From contig OZ241744.1 of assembly GCA_965200965.1 (NCBI GenBank), positions 1,888,001-1,952,000 of the forward strand: DNA of 64,000 nucleotides. The letters are read 5' to 3'. This DNA comes from an uncultured Candidatus Binatia bacterium. Its GTDB lineage: Bacteria > Desulfobacterota > Binatia > Bin18. Positions 57,901 to 64,000 of the stretch are shown here, one piece after another. The first letter of the stretch is position 1. The number at the start of each line of letters is the position of its first letter. The translations under genes and the position numbers were made by a program. The notes beneath the pieces are model-generated. The model was not told the DNA's origin and did no database searches. It saw only the letters and a list, made by a program, of their open reading frames with translations.

Positions 57901-59589
57901 ATGGCAAGTGTTGATGGAGGAGTCCTGATTGGCCGCATCCTCAAAGAACAAAACGTGCAATACATGTTCGCCGTCAACGGCGGGCATACCTTCCCCATCC
58001 TGGCAAACCTGCGGGAGAACGGCGTCAAGCTGATCCACATGCGCCACGAGCAAGCCACGGCCTATGCGGCCGACGCCTATGCCCGCGTCACTGGCCAGCC
58101 AGGCGTGTGTTGCGTGACCGCCGGCTGTGGGCTGACCAACGCCGTGACCGGATTGTGCGGTGCTGCCCTGACTAACAGCTCGGTAGTGTGCCTGTCCGGC
58201 CAGCACCCAACGACTGAGGACTACATCGGCTCTTTCCAGGAAGCCTACGGCTCGGATGTCGTCAACTCATTTGCCAAGTTTGGCAAACGGGTCCTGGACT
58301 GGACGACGATCGAGGTTGACCTGCGCCAGGCCTTTCGTGAGGCCAAAAACCCGCCCCAGGGCGTGTCCATGCTGGAGATTCCGACCAATATCCTGTACCA
58401 CACCGATGACGAGATCAAACAGCGCCGGGGGGCCAAAGTCTACGACACCGATGCCGTCCGCTCCCAGGGCGATCCACGCAGCATCGAAAAGACAGCCGAA
58501 CTCCTGTTCTCAGCCCAGCGACCGCTGATCGCCGGCGGTGACGGCCTCTTCTGGTCCAATGCGCAAGAAGAACTCAAAGAACTGGCCGAGCTGACCAGTA
58601 CGCCGGTCTACTGCCGCCGGGCCGGTCAGGGTGCCTTGGACGAAGACAGCCCGCTGGCCATCCGCGGGGCGTGGAAAAAACCCTTCACCGGCAACGCCGA
58701 CCTCGTGCTGGCCGTCGGCTTCCGCTTCTGGAGTGGGGAAAAATTCGGCGAGCCGCCCACCTGGACGGATAAAGCCACCTATGTCCAGGTCGATACCGAC
58801 CCGCAGCGCGTCGGCTGGCACGTCCCGGCCGAGGTCGGCATTGTGGGCGACCCCAAGCTCGTCCTGCGCCAGATCATTGACGCCATCAAAGACCTGAAGC
58901 TTGACTTCAGCGCCAAGCGCGAAAGCCCCTGGCTGCAACAGATGCTTGAAGTGCGCCGCAACTACGAACGGATGATCAGCGAACGGGCGGCCAAAACGCA
59001 CAGCGATGTGCCGATTCATCCCGACCGGCTGACCAAAGATCTCGTCTCGGTCATCGACACAGACGCCACCCTGATTATCGATAGCTTTACCCTGAGCGGC
59101 TATACCAGCCAGTGGTTCACCGCCCATACCACCGGACAGATCGTTGACGCCGGTCCGCTGGCCCCGGTTGGACATGGGGTAGGCATGGGCATTGGTGCCC
59201 AGCTTGGCCGACCGGGCAAACAAGTCATTATCGTCTCTGGCGACGGCGGCCTAGGCATTGGCGGCATGGATATGGAAACCGCGGTCAAGTACGATATCCC
59301 GATCATCTGCCTGCTGTGGAACAACAGCTCGTGGGGGCCGAGCTTTGAGCAGATGCCGCTGCTCAAGGGCCGGACCGACCCGTTCGATATGGTACCCAAT
59401 ATCCGCTACGACAAGGTGTTCGAGCCGATGGGCGTCCATACCGAGCACGCCGAGACGCCGGACGAGATCATCCCGGCCCTGGAGCGGGCGCTCACATCCG
59501 GCAAGACCTCCCTCATTAACGTGCTGGGCGACAAACGCTTCGGCCACCCGTCCTTGGGCGGGAACCTGCTGGGATCAACCCAAGTCTGA
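57901..59589 (+). CDS. Thiamine-diphosphate-dependent enzyme (oxalyl-CoA decarboxylase/2-hydroxyacyl-CoA lyase/ALS-like)
   Basis: MRHEQ catalytic Glu and GDGGLG...WNN ThDP motif. Confidence 0.85.
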   Translation: MASVDGGVLIGRILKEQNVQYMFAVNGGHTFPILANLRENGVKLIHMRHEQATAYAADAYARVTGQPGVCCVTAGCGLTNAVTGLCGAALTNSSVVCLSGQHPTTEDYIGSFQEAYGSDVVNSFAKFGKRVLDWTTIEVDLRQAFREAKNPPQGVSMLEIPTNILYHTDDEIKQRRGAKVYDTDAVRSQGDPRSIEKTAELLFSAQRPLIAGGDGLFWSNAQEELKELAELTSTPVYCRRAGQGALDEDSPLAIRGAWKKPFTGNADLVLAVGFRFWSGEKFGEPPTWTDKATYVQVDTDPQRVGWHVPAEVGIVGDPKLVLRQIIDAIKDLKLDFSAKRESPWLQQMLEVRRNYERMISERAAKTHSDVPIHPDRLTKDLVSVIDTDATLIIDSFTLSGYTSQWFTAHTTGQIVDAGPLAPVGHGVGMGIGAQLGRPGKQVIIVSGDGGLGIGGMDMETAVKYDIPIICLLWNNSSWGPSFEQMPLLKGRTDPFDMVPNIRYDKVFEPMGVHTEHAETPDEIIPALERALTSGKTSLINVLGDKRFGHPSLGGNLLGSTQV

Positions 59590-59619
59590 CATGCCAAGTC
59601 TGACACAGTGCACCGAACC

Positions 59620-59643
59620 GAGACGCCCCGCCGGGGCGTCTCT
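59620..59643. terminator. Hairpin between convergent genes
   Basis: AGACGCCCCG-C-CGGGGCGTCT. Confidence 0.5.
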
Positions 59644-59905
59644 AGCCGTCTTGTGCGCGTTCTTTTCTGAGCACAATTTCAATTTCCTCCAGCGGTGACA
59701 GGCCACGGTTGCGGAGATGACAGGCCCAGCCGTCAAAGGTCCGCAAGTAAGAGAAGACGTGACGGATCAAGCCGGGCTTGATGCGGACCTCCCACTCGTC
59801 CAGCCACTCATCACCCTCAAAATCCTCATCGTCCCAGGCCTCGACCGGAATATCAGCGCTCAGAGAAAAGCGCAGGCGAAACGTCCGCTCTTCACTGTCC
59901 GGCAT
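59642..59905 (-). CDS. Hypothetical protein (acidic, 87 aa)
   Basis: Directly downstream of ppk2 with GAGGAG RBS. Confidence 0.7.
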   Translation of the reverse strand: MPDSEERTFRLRFSLSADIPVEAWDDEDFEGDEWLDEWEVRIKPGLIRHVFSYLRTFDGWACHLRNRGLSPLEEIEIVLRKERAQDG

Positions 59906-59907
59906 AC

Positions 59908-60792
59908 CTACTCCTCATTCTCCAACTCGCGTTTGGCCTCCAGCAGACGCTTGTACTGCTCCTGACTGAGCTGCGGGTAGCGCAGCGGCAGAGCGCCGAT
60001 CCGCGCCGCCACAATATCAGCCACCAGCGCCCGGGCATACCATTTATTGTCGGCCGGAATGACATACCAGGGGGCATACTCCGGGCTGGTCTGGCTCAAC
60101 ATTTCCTCATACGCCCGGCGATAATCCTTCCAGTAGCGCCGCTCACGAATATCGGCGTCAGAAAACTTCCAGTGTTTCTCCGGCTTGGTCAACCGGGCCA
60201 GAAAACGCTTTTTCTGCTCGCCCTTCGAGATATGCAGATAGAACTTGAGCACCTGGGTGGCGTCGCGCACCAGGACGTGTTCAAAGTTGTTAATGGCGTC
60301 AAAGCGGCTCTGCCAGATGTCGTCGGTCGGCTGGCCGGGCGGCAGGTGCTGGGCATCAAGAAAATGCGGATGCACCCGCACAATCAACACCTCCTCATAA
60401 TACGAGCGGTTGAAGACACTGATCCGCCCCTTGCCCGGCAGATAGCGGCTGGGCCGCCAGAGGAAACCATGCTGTAACTCTTCTCCGTTGGGCGCGCCAA
60501 AGCTATGCACCGCGCAGCCCTGCGGGTTCACCCCCGAAAACACCCGCCGGATCAGGCTGTCTTTGCCCGAGGCGTCAGGCCCTTGCAAAATAACGAGACA
60601 GGCGTACTCCGCACTCGCCCACAGCACCCGTTGGGCCTCTGCCAGACCCCGCACACCCGCTTGCAGGGCTTTGCGCGCCTCGGCTTTGTTCTTGAACTCG
60701 GGGCCTGGTTTGGTCGGATACTCGTCGAGGTGGACCGTCTGACCCGGCTTGATGACATAATGGCTCTGGTCGAAATGTGGTGCGGCACTCAT
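59908..60792 (-). CDS. ppk2: Polyphosphate kinase 2 family (class III-like)
   Basis: QGPDASGKD Walker A, GVNPQG, FNRSYYEEVL, KHWKFS, PWYVIPADNKW. Confidence 0.92.
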   Translation of the reverse strand: MSAAPHFDQSHYVIKPGQTVHLDEYPTKPGPEFKNKAEARKALQAGVRGLAEAQRVLWASAEYACLVILQGPDASGKDSLIRRVFSGVNPQGCAVHSFGAPNGEELQHGFLWRPSRYLPGKGRISVFNRSYYEEVLIVRVHPHFLDAQHLPPGQPTDDIWQSRFDAINNFEHVLVRDATQVLKFYLHISKGEQKKRFLARLTKPEKHWKFSDADIRERRYWKDYRRAYEEMLSQTSPEYAPWYVIPADNKWYARALVADIVAARIGALPLRYPQLSQEQYKRLLEAKRELENEE

Positions 60793-60901
60793 CCTGCTCT
60801 CCCCCGCTCGCTAGACTGCCCTGAGAGTGCCACGAGTCCCGAATCTGGTCAAACGCAGGGCAAGGGAGTGGGTCTTGTCTCGGTGACGGGGGAGTGAAAA
60901 G

Positions 60902-61687
60902 ATGGCGTCCATGAGAGCGCAGACAGCGGCCGGCCTCGTGCAATTCCTTCTCTGTCTCTATGTCGCCCTCGGCCCACCGATCCCGGCGCGCGCCGCCAGT
61001 GACGACGAGCGTGCCCGGGAGATTGTAGACCGGATTGACCGCCTGATGCGGGGCGATTCAAGTCGGGGCACAATGACCATGCAGATTGTCACCGAGCACT
61101 GGCAGCGCAGCCTGACCATGCAGATCTGGTCTCAGGGCACTGAGAAGGCCCTGATTCGGATTGAGAAGCCCAAGAAAGAGGCCGGCACGGCCACCCTGAA
61201 GGTCGGGAATAATATCTGGAATTATTTGCCCAAGGTCAGCCGCACCATCAAAATTCCGACCTCAATGATGATGGCCTCCTGGATGGGCAGCCATTTCACC
61301 AATGACGATCTGGTCAAAGAGAGCCGTCTCATCCGCGACTATTTTCTTGAGATTGCGTTTGAGGGCGACCGGGACGGCGCTGCGGTGTATGAATTCTGGC
61401 TGACCCCCCGGCCTGAAGCGCCGGTGGTGTGGGGCAAGATCGCCCTTGAAGTCCGCCAAGACGACCTGATGCCAAGCTGGCAACGGTATTACGATGAAGA
61501 CGGCCGGCTCATACGCGAGCTGCGGTTCTCGGCCTACACGACCCTGGGTGGTCGCCTGGTACCGACGCGCATGGTCATGCAGCCCCAGGATAAACCCAGG
61601 GAGCAGACCGTTATTATCTATGACGAGCTGGCGTTCGACCTTCCACTTGCAGCCGACATCTTTTCCCTGCGCAACCTCGAAAGATAG
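60902..61687 (+). CDS. Outer membrane lipoprotein-sorting protein (LolA-like)
   Basis: Signal peptide; WNYLPKV, SWMGSHFTNDDLV, FSLRNL. Confidence 0.85.
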   Translation: MASMRAQTAAGLVQFLLCLYVALGPPIPARAASDDERAREIVDRIDRLMRGDSSRGTMTMQIVTEHWQRSLTMQIWSQGTEKALIRIEKPKKEAGTATLKVGNNIWNYLPKVSRTIKIPTSMMMASWMGSHFTNDDLVKESRLIRDYFLEIAFEGDRDGAAVYEFWLTPRPEAPVVWGKIALEVRQDDLMPSWQRYYDEDGRLIRELRFSAYTTLGGRLVPTRMVMQPQDKPREQTVIIYDELAFDLPLAADIFSLRNLER

Positions 61688-61688
61688 G

Positions 61689-62954
61689 GTGACACAACGA
61701 CTTGTGCAGCTGGCCTGGCGCAACCTGTGGCGTAACCCGCGGCGCGCCTCCATCAGCGTCACGGCGATCGCCCTCGGCTACGCTATGCTGCTGTTGTTCG
61801 CCTGTCTCTTACACGGTCTGAGCCGGCAGATGATCGACAACGGCACGCGCATGGGACTGTCTCACATGCAGGTCCATGCCCCGGACTATTACCCGGACCG
61901 CTCACTGTACCATACGCTGGGGGGACGGGCCGGAGCCGAGTTGGACGCCCTGCTGACGACCCTGAGCACCCATCCCCAGGTCCTGGCCGCGGCCCCACGG
62001 GTGTATGGCTACGCGCTGGTAAGCGGAGGCAGTCACTCGGCCGGAGCCGACCTGCTCGGCGTTGACCCGGTCCGCGAGCGGCAGATTTCATGTTTTCACA
62101 CCCGTCTGACCAAGGGGCGCTTTCTCAGTCGGCAGACCCCACGCGACACGCGCGAGGTCGTGCTCGGCGAGAAGCTGGCCAGCACCATCGCAGCCAAGCC
62201 TGGCAGCGAGATTATTCTGCTGACCCAAGCCGCGGACGGCTCAATCGGGAACGATCTGTACACCGTAGTGGGCATTCTGCGGACCGGGTCTGAGGCAATT
62301 GACCGTGGGACCGTCCTGATGCCTCTGGGCGCGACGCAGGAGTTGCTGAGCCTGGCCGCCAACCGGGTTCACGAAATTGGCGTACTGACGACAAGCGCGG
62401 ACATAGCCGGTACGCTTGCCGCCAGACTCGAACGCCGGCTCAACGAAACGCTACCGGTCCGGGTTCGGGCTTGGCCCGAACTATCCCCGGCCCTGGCCGA
62501 CTATGTGCAGATGAGTGAAGGCTCAAACGCTTTTCTTTTCTCGGTCGTCTTCCTCGTCGCGATCATCGGGGTGATGAACACCATGCTGATGGCGGTCTTT
62601 GAGCGGACCCGCGAGTGTGGCGTCCTCATGGCCCTCGGGCTGCGGCCGCTCTCCATGACCCTGCTGATTGTGCTTGAAGCCGGTCTGCTGGCCGGGGTGA
62701 GTGTCGGCCTCGGGGCCGTCCTGGGTGGACCGCTGGTGTGGTATCTCCAGACCCACGGGCTTGATTTACGCACGGTGATGGGAGAGTTGTCAGTGGCCGG
62801 CGTCGTCATTGACCCCATCTGGTACGGCCAACACGATGTTCCCACCTACCTTCAGGCCGGGCTGGGGCTCGCGCTGGTGGCGCTGGTGGCAGCGCTCTAT
62901 CCGGCGATTCGGGCGGCTCGTTTTCGGCCGGTTGAAGCAATGCGACGGGTGTGA
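61689..62954 (+). CDS. ABC permease, LolE/MacB-FtsX family
   Basis: LAWRNLWRNPRR, NTMLMAVFERTRECGVLMALG, YPAIRAARFRPVEAMR. Confidence 0.9.
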   Translation: MTQRLVQLAWRNLWRNPRRASISVTAIALGYAMLLLFACLLHGLSRQMIDNGTRMGLSHMQVHAPDYYPDRSLYHTLGGRAGAELDALLTTLSTHPQVLAAAPRVYGYALVSGGSHSAGADLLGVDPVRERQISCFHTRLTKGRFLSRQTPRDTREVVLGEKLASTIAAKPGSEIILLTQAADGSIGNDLYTVVGILRTGSEAIDRGTVLMPLGATQELLSLAANRVHEIGVLTTSADIAGTLAARLERRLNETLPVRVRAWPELSPALADYVQMSEGSNAFLFSVVFLVAIIGVMNTMLMAVFERTRECGVLMALGLRPLSMTLLIVLEAGLLAGVSVGLGAVLGGPLVWYLQTHGLDLRTVMGELSVAGVVIDPIWYGQHDVPTYLQAGLGLALVALVAALYPAIRAARFRPVEAMRRV

Positions 62955-64000
62955 TGACACGCACCCAACTGCTCGTGAGCCTGGCCTGGCGCAACCTGTG
63001 GCGACACGCGCGTCGGACTATGCTGACCGTCCTGGCACTCGGCTTAGGGCTGGGCTTCCTCCTCCTGTCGCTGGGTCTGGGCGACGGTGGCCACGAGCAG
63101 ATGATTGTAAATGGCATCAAGCTGGGGGGCGGCCATGTGGTGATTCAGGCCGAGGGCTATCAACGCCGCCAATCCCAGGACCTGCTCCTGCCCGCCCACG
63201 TCATTGCGACCGTTGACCGCACCCTGCGCGCCGACCGTGCCCTCCACAGCATCAACCCCCGCCTGCTGGCCTCGGGTCTGCTCAGTTCCGCGGCCAATGC
63301 CTCGGGGGTGAGCATTGTCGGTGTCTGGCCACACGCCGAGCAAGTCGTCTCGCTGATTCCGCAGCGCATGATTGAAGGCGCGTATCTGGCCGAGCAGCCT
63401 TCAGGGCTGGTGATCGGCTCTGAGTTGGCCAGAAAACTGAAGGTGCGGGTCGGCTCAAAAGTCGTCCTGACGGCCCAGGCAGTCCAGCCGCAAGCAGACG
63501 GGGCAGACGGGGACGACCGCCCGGAGGTGCCCCAGCGATCGGCGTCCGCCTCACAGGGCCGGAACGGAGCGGGGGGCGAGATTCAAAGCGCCCTGTTCCG
63601 GGTCGTCGGCATCTTCCGCACCGGCCTGCGTGAGGTGGACGCCTACCTGGTCCATCTCAGCCTGCCCGAAACGCAGACCTTTCTGGGGGCCGGCGATGGG
63701 GTCAGTCAGATCGCCGTTTTCCTGCGCCAAGACAGCGCCACCGCGCCAACCGCAGACACCTTGCGGACCCAATTCAGCCCACGCGAGATCGAGGTCCTGA
63801 CCTGGCGTCAAGCCCTGGCCGAACTGGCCCGCTTTGTCTGGCTCGACGACGCCTTCAGCTATGTGATGAACGGCATCATCCTGGTCATGGTTGCCCTGGG
63901 CGTGCTGAACACCATGCTGATGGCCGTCTTAGAGCGCCGTTACGAACTTGGCGTATGCGCCGCGGTGGGTCTGCAACCGGCTCAGCTCCTGAGCCTGGTC
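62954..64000 (+). CDS. ABC permease, LolE/MacB-FtsX family (partial, runs off window)
   Basis: LAWRNLWRHARR, NTMLMAVLERRYELGV; no stop before the window end. Confidence 0.88.
   Translation, partial: MTRTQLLVSLAWRNLWRHARRTMLTVLALGLGLGFLLLSLGLGDGGHEQMIVNGIKLGGGHVVIQAEGYQRRQSQDLLLPAHVIATVDRTLRADRALHSINPRLLASGLLSSAANASGVSIVGVWPHAEQVVSLIPQRMIEGAYLAEQPSGLVIGSELARKLKVRVGSKVVLTAQAVQPQADGADGDDRPEVPQRSASASQGRNGAGGEIQSALFRVVGIFRTGLREVDAYLVHLSLPETQTFLGAGDGVSQIAVFLRQDSATAPTADTLRTQFSPREIEVLTWRQALAELARFVWLDDAFSYVMNGIILVMVALGVLNTMLMAVLERRYELGVCAAVGLQPAQLLSLV

Noticed and set aside
57901-59589. ThDP enzyme as the missing ilvB
   Set aside because: It lacks typical IlvB signatures such as TSGPGATN and GMVRQWQ.

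Overview
A GC-rich (roughly 60-65% by eye) bacterial chromosomal segment that is mostly housekeeping. The gene repertoire (DUF465-ilvN-ilvC-psd-pssA order, DUF1329/DUF1302/YCF48/RND cluster) suggests a deltaproteobacteria-like or Binatota-like organism, which is inference only. It carries pssA, psd, ilvC, ilvN, a divergent EF-G paralog, coaX, birA, nadC, an atypical valS, truA, two tandem cyclophilins, slt, a peptidoglycan-recycling block (mpl, serine hydrolase, ldcA), thrS, ispF, prkA-yeaH-spoVR, gltX, five tRNAs, rfbC, acnA, skp, a long envelope/transport cluster, ppk2 and a Lol-like ABC system that runs off the right end. A small accessory patch at about 29.4-33.3 kb holds two REPIN-like repeats, an htpG remnant, a TIR-TPR gene and an orphan hsdS. 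The most striking signal is a 51-bp (17-codon) palindromic element found four times. Two copies are in-frame insertions inside protein genes (thrS anticodon-binding domain and slt), one supplies the thrS stop plus an overlapping GTG for ldcA, and one lies in the thrS leader. It resembles a protein-colonising mini-repeat analogous to Rickettsia palindromic elements. No CRISPR array, integrase or transposase is visible.
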